From: Candidatus Kaiserbacteria bacterium
Lineage (GTDB): Bacteria; Patescibacteriota; Minisyncoccia; Phycocordibacterales; UBA2100
DNA: 44,773 bases
Assembly: GCA_043747375.1 (NCBI GenBank)
Contig: JAYTPG010000058.1
Span: forward strand, 1-44,773
Direction: 5' to 3'
Below, one piece after another: positions 26,190 through 34,500 of this stretch; within the stretch, counting starts at the first letter, position 1, and each line of letters begins with the position of its first letter. The position numbers were made by a program, and so were the translations under genes. The notes beneath the pieces were generated by a model. That model saw only the letters and a program-made list of their open reading frames with translations. It had not been told where the DNA came from and ran no database searches.

Positions 26190-28211
26190 TTAAGGTGCCA
26201 TCAAGGCGCGGCCTTGAGCGACAGTAACTGTTCTGATGCCGGTAGATTTTATGTAGTCGAGAATTTGTTGGAATTCGCTCGTCGGAATGTTGAATTGATC
26301 GGGCGTCGAACCTATTTGGTGGAAGCAAAGGATATACCACTGTTTGTTCGCTTTTGCCCTATCTATCCATGACTTGATAGAAGCAAGCGAAGTTGTGTTT
26401 TCGATGCACTGTGAGAAGAGGTTGTATTTGTCGCTTGTCCCCGTGTTGAGTTGACTGTCGTCCACCCCTCGGCCAGCGGCGTATCCTGCAGCTGCTGTCA
26501 GATTTTTAACCTTGGCGTTCACGGAACCATACGGGTAGGCGATTGTCGTCACGGCCTTACCAGTCAAGTTTTGCAAATAGGTACGAGAGCCAATGATCTC
26601 GTTATTAATCTGCGCGTTAGTGAGCGTGACAAGGTCTGGATGAGAAATTGTATGATCTGCAATCTCGTACCCGAGGTTTGCGATAGTAGTCGCCATCCCC
26701 GGAGTCATATACCCTGGGAAATTTGAGTTGTTCCGTATAACGTCAGAAATAAGGTAAAACGTCGCTGGAAGGCCAGATTTCTGCAGCACAGGTAATGCAT
26801 TTGTGTACTGAGAAGCCCATGCATCGTCGAACGACAAAGTCACCATGCCTTGTGTGAATACCCCGGGGGTCGGCACTATCACGGTAACAGGAACCGAAGC
26901 AGTGCTTGAGCCACCTGCGCCGGCGCACGAAATCGTGTAGGCCGAAGTTATTATTGGAGAAACAGAAAGCGATCCCGAGATTGCTTGAGCGCCGGACCAA
27001 GCTCCCGAAGCGGTGCAAGAAGTAGAGTTTTGGGAGCTCCAAGAAATCACCGTGGACTGACCTTGAGAAATGCTTGTGAGGCTTGCAGAAATCGTAACCG
27101 TCGGCTTTGGAGGTGGCGGCAAGATGTTTACGGTTACGGTCGCTTGCGATGATACACTGCCGCCTGCGCCAGCACAGGTCAGAACATAGGTTGTGGTAAT
27201 GGTGGGCGAAACTGTTTGTGAGCCCGCAAGTGCCAATGCGCCTATCCAGCCATTTGAGCCGGTGCACGAGGTCGCGTTCTGCGAACTCCAGACAAGTGAC
27301 GAGGACTGGCCTTGAATAATTGAGGTCGGGGTGGCGGTAAATGTGACCGCCGGTTTAAGGGGCGGCGGAGTTACTGGAAGAACATTTACGATGACTTGAT
27401 TTGAAACACTCCCACCGGTTCCGGTGCAGCTGAGTACAAATGTTGTAGTCGCAACTGGAGAAATTGTCTGCGTTCCCGAAAGAGCCACAACACCAGTCCA
27501 GCCATTCGATGCGGTGCACGAGGTCGCGTTTGTGGAGGTCCAAGAAAGAGTTGAATTCGAACCGGTGACAATGGATGTCGGACTTGCCGAAAAGGAAAGA
27601 GTTGGTTGGGCAGGCGGCGGCACGTCTGCTGTGAAAGAAACGTCATCAATCGTGAGTGTCCCTTTTAAGTAGATTAGTTGAAATACGTTGGCTTTTGTCA
27701 TGCCTGCTGGGATAACGATTGGAGCGGAGATTTGATTCCATGCTCCTGCAGAGGACGGAACGTCCGCCAGCCAATAATATGAGACGGCACCACCTGCGTT
27801 CGTGTACGCGACGTCTATTTCTGTCGCAACATTTGAGTTGTACCAGACACTATAGGTGTAGGAGGCGCCCGGAGTCACTGACGAGTCTGCGGGGAACCAA
27901 TTTGCGTCCCCCGTAGAATCAGCAGCGAACGTAATAGTCGCGCCTTTTGAGCCTGTATGAGCCGTAGCACTATAAGAGAAAGAGGGATTGGGCGTGCCCC
28001 AATAGGACTGACTCCAGCTTGCAGGAAGTGATCCCGCAGCAGCTTCAAAAGAAGGATTCTGAATCAGATTTGTCACCGCCTGAGCGTGCGAAACGTTCGG
28101 CGAAAATCCGATGCTCAATATCAAACCTGCTGTTAAAAACAAACCGCGCCCAGTGTGAAAATATCCCATACGAGAAAGTGGAATTATGACCCCCAATAAT
28201 TCAAACAGCAC
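26190..28211 (-). CDS. Secreted polysaccharide deacetylase (CE4/NodB) with N-terminal CBM-like domain and three tandem Ig-like repeats
   Basis: GTG start with AGGAG 8 nt upstream. NLIQNPSFE... is a CBM4_9-like module. Three ~85-aa repeats (aa ~198-446). NodB motifs LSFDDAW and HTISHPDL. Confidence 0.85.
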   Translation of the reverse strand: MLFELLGVIIPLSRMGYFHTGRGLFLTAGLILSIGFSPNVSHAQAVTNLIQNPSFEAAAGSLPASWSQSYWGTPNPSFSYSATAHTGSKGATITFAADSTGDANWFPADSSVTPGASYTYSVWYNSNVATEIDVAYTNAGGAVSYYWLADVPSSAGAWNQISAPIVIPAGMTKANVFQLIYLKGTLTIDDVSFTADVPPPAQPTLSFSASPTSIVTGSNSTLSWTSTNATSCTASNGWTGVVALSGTQTISPVATTTFVLSCTGTGGSVSNQVIVNVLPVTPPPLKPAVTFTATPTSIIQGQSSSLVWSSQNATSCTGSNGWIGALALAGSQTVSPTITTTYVLTCAGAGGSVSSQATVTVNILPPPPKPTVTISASLTSISQGQSTVISWSSQNSTSCTASGAWSGAQAISGSLSVSPIITSAYTISCAGAGGSSTASVPVTVIVPTPGVFTQGMVTLSFDDAWASQYTNALPVLQKSGLPATFYLISDVIRNNSNFPGYMTPGMATTIANLGYEIADHTISHPDLVTLTNAQINNEIIGSRTYLQNLTGKAVTTIAYPYGSVNAKVKNLTAAAGYAAGRGVDDSQLNTGTSDKYNLFSQCIENTTSLASIKSWIDRAKANKQWYILCFHQIGSTPDQFNIPTSEFQQILDYIKSTGIRTVTVAQGRALMAP
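26874..27620 (-). repeat. Three tandem ~255-nt coding repeats (Ig-like modules) inside the CE4 gene
   Basis: PTLSFSASPTSIVTGSNSTLSWTSTNATSCTASNGWTG.., PAVTFTATPTSIIQGQSSSLVWSSQNATSCTGSNGWIG.., PTVTISASLTSISQGQSTVISWSSQNSTSCTASGAWSG... Confidence 0.85.
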
Positions 28212-28279
28212 CCATAGTACTCCTAACTTTTATTTTGTCACCCTGTTTCTGTGGATTTGTTTGATCGATCGCGATTTCT

Positions 28280-28309
28280 TTGACATCTTACGCGAAAGTC
28301 ATGTATAAT
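28280..28309 (+). promoter_or_regulatory. Sigma-70-type promoter of groES-groEL
   Basis: TTGACA (28280-28285), 18-nt spacer, TATAAT (28304-28309). No CIRCE inverted repeat is seen. Confidence 0.6.
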
Positions 28310-28362
28310 CGCTTTCTCAAATAGGTCGCGCGCATTAGCAACAGTTTAGTAAATTTTATATT

Positions 28363-28680
28363 ATGTCAAAAAAAAGTAGTAAGAAAGTTTCGGTCATGCC
28401 ACTTGGCGACCGAGTGTTAGTAAAGCCTGAGGTGACAGAAAACGAAAAAAGCGTTTCCGGAATTATTATTCCCGACAGTGCTAGACAGGAAAAGCCGGAG
28501 CAAGGCGAAGTGATTGCAGTTGGTGAAGGCCGACGCAACGAACGAGGAGAGCTTATCCCTATGCGAGTGAAAGTGGGGCAGACCATCATGTTCGAGAAAT
28601 ACTCTTTCACGACAATCAAAATAAATGATGAGGAGTGCCTCGTTGGTCCCGAAGCAAGCATTTTAGCAATCATTCAATAA
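28363..28680 (+). CDS. groES: Co-chaperonin GroES
   Basis: PLGDRVLVKP...GEVIAVG.... Possible alternative start at M12 (28396). Confidence 0.95.
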   Translation: MSKKSSKKVSVMPLGDRVLVKPEVTENEKSVSGIIIPDSARQEKPEQGEVIAVGEGRRNERGELIPMRVKVGQTIMFEKYSFTTIKINDEECLVGPEASILAIIQ

Positions 28681-28692
28681 AGCAGCTGTCAT

Positions 28693-30345
28693 ATGGCAAA
28701 ACAAGTAATTTTCGACGCAGAAGTACGCAGCGCTCTTAAAAGAGGTGTAGATACGGTCGCAAATGCCGTGAAAGTAACGATCGGTCCTCGTGGTCGCAAT
28801 GTCGCACTCGATCGTTCATGGGGCTCTCCCGTCATAACGAACGATGGTGTATCAATTGCAAAAGAAATCACTCTCAAAGACAAATTTGAAAATATGGGCG
28901 CGGCAATCGTGAAAGAAGTCGCTACGAAGACGAATGATAAAGCGGGCGACGGCACCACGACCGCAGTTGTACTTATGCAGGCTATCGTGCACGAAGGTTT
29001 GAAGCGCACCGCGCTCGGCGCAAATGCCATGATGGTTCGTCGTGGCATCGAAGCTGGCGCAAAAGCGGCAGTTGAAGAACTGAAAAAAATGGCAAAACCG
29101 ATTTCGGGAAAAGACGACATCCGTCAAGTTGCGACTATTTCTGCAGAGAGTGAAGAGCTTGGAAAAACGATTGCGGACACCGTTGAAAAAGTAGGGAAAG
29201 ACGGCGTTGTCACTGTTGAGGAATCACAATCGCTTGGTATTGAAGCCGAATACGTCGAAGGCATGGAATTCGACAAAGGATATGTTTCCGCATACATGAT
29301 TACCAATGCTGACCGCATGGAGGCTGAGGCGCGAGACGCATCAGTCCTGGTTACCGACAAAAAGATTTCTGCGATCAAGGATATTCTTCCAGTCTTAGAA
29401 AAAGTTGCGCAAAGTGGCAAACGAGATCTTGTCATTATTGCGGACGATGTTGACGGAGAAGCACTCACTACATTTGTCGTTAATAAACTGAAAGGAGTTT
29501 TCAACGTGCTCGCGATCAAAGCTCCTGGTTATGGCGATCGAAAGAAAGAGATGCTTCAAGATATTGCAATTACCCTCGGTGCACAATTGATTTCTGACGA
29601 CCTCGGAATGTCGATGGAAAAAATAGACTTGAACATGCTCGGAAAAGCAACGCGAATCGTTGCGACGAAAGATTCGACCGTGATTGTTGGCGGCAAAGGA
29701 AAAAAAGCGACCATCGAAGAACGCGTTGCTTCTTTGCGAAAGCAACTTGATCAGACGGATTCTAAATTCGACAAAGAGAAAATCGCCGAGCGAATTGCGA
29801 AACTCACGGGCGGTGTCGCCGTCATTCGAGTTGGCGCGGCCACCGAAACAGAAATGAAATACTTGAAAGACAAAATCGAAGACGCGGTAAACGCAACCAA
29901 GGCTGCGATTGCAGAAGGCATCGTCCCTGGCGGAGGCGCGGCACTCGCAAAAGTGGGTGAAAAACTCGCAAAAAAGCTTGATCCGAAAGCGCACGATGAA
30001 TACACGGTGGGCTATCGGATTCTGCTCACTGCACTTTCTGCTCCTCTTCTTCAGATTGTAAAAAATGCAGGGCGCGAAGACGGCGCGGTCATTTTGCGGG
30101 ACGTGGTGGCGAAAGGTCCGGCCTGGGGTTTTGACGCATCAAGTGAATCAAATGAATACGAGCTGGTTGATATGTACGAAGCGGGGATTATTGACCCGGT
30201 GAAAGTCACTCGTAGCGGCGTAGAAAATGCAGCTTCAGCGGCGGCTGTGCTTCTCACCACGGAAGCAGCAGTTGCTGATCTTCCTGAACCGAAGGCTGCT
30301 CCAGCTGGGGGCCAAGGCGGAATGGGAGGCATGGACATGGACTGA
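28693..30345 (+). CDS. groEL: Chaperonin GroEL
   Basis: AKQVIFD...GPRGRNV...DGTTTA...C-terminal GGMGGMDMD. Confidence 0.98.
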   Translation: MAKQVIFDAEVRSALKRGVDTVANAVKVTIGPRGRNVALDRSWGSPVITNDGVSIAKEITLKDKFENMGAAIVKEVATKTNDKAGDGTTTAVVLMQAIVHEGLKRTALGANAMMVRRGIEAGAKAAVEELKKMAKPISGKDDIRQVATISAESEELGKTIADTVEKVGKDGVVTVEESQSLGIEAEYVEGMEFDKGYVSAYMITNADRMEAEARDASVLVTDKKISAIKDILPVLEKVAQSGKRDLVIIADDVDGEALTTFVVNKLKGVFNVLAIKAPGYGDRKKEMLQDIAITLGAQLISDDLGMSMEKIDLNMLGKATRIVATKDSTVIVGGKGKKATIEERVASLRKQLDQTDSKFDKEKIAERIAKLTGGVAVIRVGAATETEMKYLKDKIEDAVNATKAAIAEGIVPGGGAALAKVGEKLAKKLDPKAHDEYTVGYRILLTALSAPLLQIVKNAGREDGAVILRDVVAKGPAWGFDASSESNEYELVDMYEAGIIDPVKVTRSGVENAASAAAVLLTTEAAVADLPEPKAAPAGGQGGMGGMDMD

Positions 30346-30367
30346 TAATTCGAAAATGGTGAATGCA

Positions 30368-30399
30368 ATACGGCCACCCGAAGGGCGGCCGTATTTTTG
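30368..30399 (+). terminator. Intrinsic terminator of groESL
   Basis: ATACGGCCaCCC-gaa-GGGcGGCCGTAT followed by TTTTTGT. Confidence 0.85.
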
Positions 30400-30605
30400 T
30401 GGATGCCAACTCAATAAAAACAGGAAACGCAAGAAGGACAAAAAAAGAAATAACTGTACACATCTTGGTCGACCGTCCGAAATGTGTACAGAGTAAATAA
30501 TGCAAACAATGTGGTACAAGGTTTTTTTAAACCCCATTGTCAAGGCGACGCCTTGACATGGCTAGACCCGAACCCGTTTAACGAGAATTCATTGCAATAT
30601 GTTTT

Positions 30606-30848
30606 TCAATACCTGAAATTCGCGACATCAACATGTCTATATTCTTTTGCATAGCCAAACACAGTTCGCATTTGTTCCGTCAGTGCCGCGATTGCTTTTG
30701 TGTTCTCTGTAATTTGAGATTGTAAATCGAGACGCAGTTGTCGCAAATCTTCTTTTGTGGCAAGAGTGGACATGGTCCCGCGCATCGAAGGCATGTTCTC
30801 TTGCATGTCAGTCACAATTTCCAGTATTTGTTTAGTTCCTTTGTCCAT
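30606..30848 (-). CDS. Hypothetical 80-aa coiled-coil protein
   Basis: Minus-strand TATAAT (30860..30855) lies exactly 6 nt before the ATG. Heptad-like TKEDLRQLRLDLQSQITENTKAIAALTEQ. Confidence 0.5.
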   Translation of the reverse strand: MDKGTKQILEIVTDMQENMPSMRGTMSTLATKEDLRQLRLDLQSQITENTKAIAALTEQMRTVFGYAKEYRHVDVANFRY

Positions 30849-30854
30849 GAAGAA

Positions 30855-30860
30855 ATTATA
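30855..30860 (-). promoter_or_regulatory. -10 box TATAAT, 6 nt before ATG 30848 (leaderless-type)
   Basis: Minus strand gaatcTATAATttcttcATG. Confidence 0.5.
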
Positions 30861-30904
30861 GATTCAATTGTATTTCTTGCACCCTTTCAGCCAGGCTGTT
30901 TTCA

Positions 30905-30913
30905 TGTTATAAT
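30905..30913 (+). promoter_or_regulatory. Extended -10 promoter TGtTATAAT of the 35-aa peptide gene
   Basis: TGtTATAATACTAGAC. Nearly identical to the box at 31173-31191 (TGgTATAATACTGGcAGAC). Confidence 0.5.
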
Positions 30914-30963
30914 ACTAGACCTGTCAGGGTCGACAGTGAACATTGTAAGGAAAGGTTATTTCC

Positions 30964-31071
30964 ATGACCTGGTTGGACAAACTTGGACTTGTAATACTTT
31001 TTCCCATAGCAGTCTCGTACCTTGCGGCCGCGCTACATCGTGGTGGTGTCGCCTGGCGACATAAATGGTAA
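30964..31071 (+). CDS. 35-aa single-TM peptide (below the ORF-track size cut-off)
   Basis: aaGGAAAGG Shine-Dalgarno 9 nt before the ATG. MTWLDKLGLVILFPIAVSYLAAALHRGGVAWRHKW. Has its own extended -10 upstream and a 12-bp perfect terminator directly downstream. Confidence 0.5.
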   Translation: MTWLDKLGLVILFPIAVSYLAAALHRGGVAWRHKW

Positions 31072-31097
31072 AAAAGAAAATAAGTTCCTCCCTCAAG

Positions 31098-31139
31098 CGT
31101 CCAGATGCATTGGGCTGCATCTGGACGTTCTTTATTGTT
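31098..31139 (+). terminator. Intrinsic terminator of the 35-aa peptide gene
   Basis: CGTCCAGATGCA-ttgggc-TGCATCTGGACG followed by TTCTTTATTGTT. Confidence 0.85.
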
Positions 31140-31153
31140 AGAAAGGGCAGCTG

Positions 31154-31181
31154 TTGATTATTTCTGATAATTTGGTATAAT
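31154..31181 (+). promoter_or_regulatory. Promoter TTGATT-16-(TGg)TATAAT of the 76-aa gene
   Basis: -35 at 31154-31159, extended -10 at 31173-31181. Confidence 0.55.
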
Positions 31182-31229
31182 ACTGGCAGACTAGAGCTCT
31201 TAACCACGCGTTGAAAGGACGCTCGGAAA

Positions 31230-31460
31230 ATGACGAAGCTCACGCTTCTCGGAGTATCGCTTTTTGTGACTATTGTGCTTTGTGCACAAGGGGCACAGGA
31301 CTGCATTTTCAGTGACGGAGGAGAGAAATGGTATTGTCCCGCGGGATTTTCATCAATGGAGGGTCACCCTCCCCGCGACAACATCGTCAAATCTTTTCTT
31401 CCCACGGAAGATGCGTCTCCGCGACAAGATCGCGAGGACATCGAAGCGAAAAGAAGCTAA
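31230..31460 (+). CDS. 76-aa secreted small protein (signal peptide, Cys-containing mature part, charged tail)
   Basis: aAAGGAcgctcggaaaATG. MTKLTLLGVSLFVTIVLCAQG..DCIFSDGGEKWYCPAGF. Has its own promoter and terminator. Confidence 0.55.
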   Translation: MTKLTLLGVSLFVTIVLCAQGAQDCIFSDGGEKWYCPAGFSSMEGHPPRDNIVKSFLPTEDASPRQDREDIEAKRS

Positions 31461-31466
31461 TGCAAA

Positions 31467-31508
31467 AGAGGCGCACGTTGAATAAACGCTGCGCCTCTCG
31501 AGTTTTTT
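31467..31508 (+). terminator. Intrinsic terminator of the 76-aa gene
   Basis: AGAGGCGCA-N14-TGCGCCTCT followed by cgagTTTTTT. Confidence 0.75.
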
Positions 31509-31566
31509 GGAACGTAAGAATCTCGCTTTGGTTATTCCCATATAAATAATTCAGCCCGAAAACCGG

Positions 31567-31575
31567 TGCTAGAAT
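31567..31575 (+). promoter_or_regulatory. Candidate extended -10 TGcTAGAAT for the giant gene
   Basis: ggTGcTAGAATtgattcttgtagtttcatATG. The predicted leader is about 12 nt. Confidence 0.35.
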
Positions 31576-31593
31576 TGATTCTTGTAGTTTCAT

Positions 31594-34500
31594 ATGCGGA
31601 TGTCACAAGGCACTTTTCGAAATCTTTCTAAAATCATTTTTGTCTTGAGTTTTGCTATTTTTTTTCTAGGCGCTCCTACGTCGTTTGTTTTTGCCGGGAG
31701 CGGAAATGCAGCGTGTGTAGGCGGGGATTATTCATGTGAATATCCTGCAAAGAAACAGCCTAACATCAACTCCTCTGCAACTGTTCAGTGTATGCAAAAG
31801 AAGCCCTGTCAGGACACTGCGGCAGGGGCAATCACTAATGGATTTTGCAAATCTGATGGCGTTTGTTCTGCCGAAACAACTGCTCTGAAAGATGACAAGC
31901 AACAAAAAATCCAGCAGGTCTCTAAGGACGCTCTCGATGGGGCGACGCCAAAAACTCAAGGTCGTCTTGGTGATTCTCCAAGCACTGATGCTGAGCCAGG
32001 CTCACCTCTAAACAACGGCACAACACAATCGACTGTTGATCTAAAAGGTGACTACAATCCTCCACCGGAAAGCACGGCCAATAATTTCCCAAAGGCCGGC
32101 AGTTCGCCGGATGTTACCGCTGATCCAGGCCCTAATACTCCCTTGAAGCCGGGCACGGGCGAAACAACGATCGAAAAAGCGGTGGATGGAAACCCGTCAA
32201 AAGGATTTTCGAGATGGGCAAATTTGGTCGGTGATATTTTTTCCATGCCGATTTTCGGCGGCGGCGGGAGTGGTTTTGGTGGTGGCTCGATGGACGGTGG
32301 TTTTTTTGGTGACAGTAGCGGTGGCTTAGGTGGCGGTTCATTTTATTCCGGCACAACTGGATTTACTAGTGGAGGCGGCGTTCCCGTAGGTCAGTCAGGT
32401 CAACTCCCCGGGTATGGGAAAGCGGGAGCAGATTCATTTGTCACTGGTCCTTGCCTAAACGGAAGTTGTATAGCAAAAAATGGAATACCAGCAGGTGTTG
32501 CACAAAATCCCGTGGTACCACAACAATCGAGCATCGCTTCGCTTATGGAGCAGGGGAAACAGGCGATAGCAAATGGTTTTCCAAGCTTCCCGCAGAACGC
32601 ATTCGAGAGTTTTAAAATTCCAGAAATTGCTCAACTCTCAAATCAGGGAAACTCATCAGCGTTTTTGACTGACGTCCCAGGCACGAGCCTATCTTTTCCA
32701 CAATCCGACGTTTTTGGAAATACCGTTCTTGCAGAAAACGGCCTAGTCCAGTCCGACGCGAGCCTTATTCCTCGAACAGGAGATGGGGGAGATATCTCTC
32801 AAAAAGCAGCAGACTACAACGCAGGTATCGATAAGATAAATCAAGATGTCGCGGCGACTCGAAAGGAGTTTCTCGCGTCTCATCCAGGATGTAACGCATC
32901 CGACGCGTGTGTTCAGGAGTTGTACAGGAAAATTTCAGAAGTCCAGAATAAGGGTTTCTCAGATCCGAATCTTGGTGATCCTCTAAGTACCGTCGTAGAT
33001 GAGGCGAACAAGCAGAATATTCACGACAGCGCAGCACAAGCGGGCAGATCTTCGAGCGAATATTTACTCAGCAAATATGGGGTTACCCCGGCCCAGGTGC
33101 AGCAAGGAGTAACTGAAACAGGAAGCATTGGCCCGCGGTCTGAAAACACCAATCCGGTTCCCGGGATTACCGTAAGTACCGAAAATCCCACGGGCCAATC
33201 TGCGCCAGGAGCCGTTTCTGCAGACCAATTTAACGTCACTGCAGAAAATCAGCCAACCATTTTTGAGGCGGCACAAAAAACAGCCGGGGATGGGTTCCAA
33301 AGTCTAAAAGAAAACGCATCAAACGCTTTTGAAAATGTGAAGTCCGGTGTTCGGTATGCCTATAATGAGTACACTCCGTTTGGTTCTCCCACCGCGAACG
33401 GAAATCAAATCGCGAACGATGCAAATATTTCTCCGAGTATTCTTGACGCTAATGTGGGCAACTCCCCGCTTGCTCCAGGGAGTCTTTTTACTGAATCAGA
33501 CCTTCAGGCTGCACGTGGTGCGGATCAGATACTGGGGCGGACTTCCCAAGGAGGAAGCACTTTAAGTGAGTCTCCACAGAATCCAAATTTTTCCGCAGAA
33601 CCGAAACTTACGGACGTCGCTGGCATCCAGGTAGATAAAGCTCTTACAGGAAAAGAGATAACGGGGAGCTCTTTTGCCGAAGCGTCCGGAATTATCTGCA
33701 AAGACCGCGGATGTGATGCTGGGTTTACCGCCAAGGCACTGGGAGGCAGTGCCGCGCAGGAGTCTAATTGGAATCCCAATAACTCCACGGGGTCATTTGA
33801 GGGAATAGGACAGCTTAATGACTCGGAGACAGGACGAGCGACTCGTTCTCTAGAAAAGTTGGCCGCTGCGCCGAATTATTTAACAGAACAAGATCGTAAT
33901 ACAGTTCTTGGTGTTGTTGATGATATAAAAGCCTCAGAAGCCGCAGGAAAAAATCCAAATAACGATCCTCGACTTGGGGCGTGGCTTATGACGGCTCGGC
34001 AGGCTGATTTATCGGGACTCGGTAAAAATGTGAGTGGAATTGACGCGGCGAATGAGTTTGCCGCAGGAGATGCTAAAACAGGAGCCGCCGTGATTCAATT
34101 GGGACAACTTGCACCAAGCGCACTGACTGGACCAGATGGATTTGATCCGGATAGGGCACTTACATCAAACGAACGATGGGCACTGCGAGTGAATTCTTTA
34201 CCGAGCATATCTAACGGGGATACGGTAGGTGACGCAATAAGTAAAATCGAAAATAGTCCGATTTACTCAAAGCATTTTGATCAGGGTATTGCGTGGACGA
34301 CGGCATATGCCCCTGATACTTCAGCCGTTCCGGAAAACATTGCTTCAAGCATAGATCGTTCGGGCTCCTCTTTAAATGGCTCTCGCGCTGCGAGTATTCC
34401 GTCTGACATTGCAAATACACCATGGAATTCAGAGGCACCGATTGTGGCATACGATCCTTCACTTAGCCCAAACGAAGTGCAGGCAAATGGTGCTGAAGAG

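Noticed and set aside
26874-27620. Tandem DNA repeats considered as a CRISPR array or satellite
   Set aside because: The ~255-nt units are in-frame protein-domain repeats with only ~50-60% identity and no spacer/repeat architecture. No cas genes are present.
28310-28362. Possible CIRCE/HrcA operator upstream of groES (ttagcaacagtttagtaaa)
   Set aside because: It does not match TTAGCACTC-N9-GAGTGCTAA, because there is no inverted partner. Only the TTGACA-18-TATAAT promoter is supported.
29395-29994. 199-aa and other long ORFs antisense to groEL (28689..29120, 29124..29519, 29751..30005, 30051..30377)
   Set aside because: groEL is unambiguous on the plus strand. Long antisense frames are a known by-product of its codon composition, and none has start signals.
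30500-30556. 18-codon ORF MQTMWYKVFLNPIVKATP in the groEL-distal gap
   Set aside because: It has no convincing Shine-Dalgarno or promoter, and it overlaps palindromic sequence that better explains the region.
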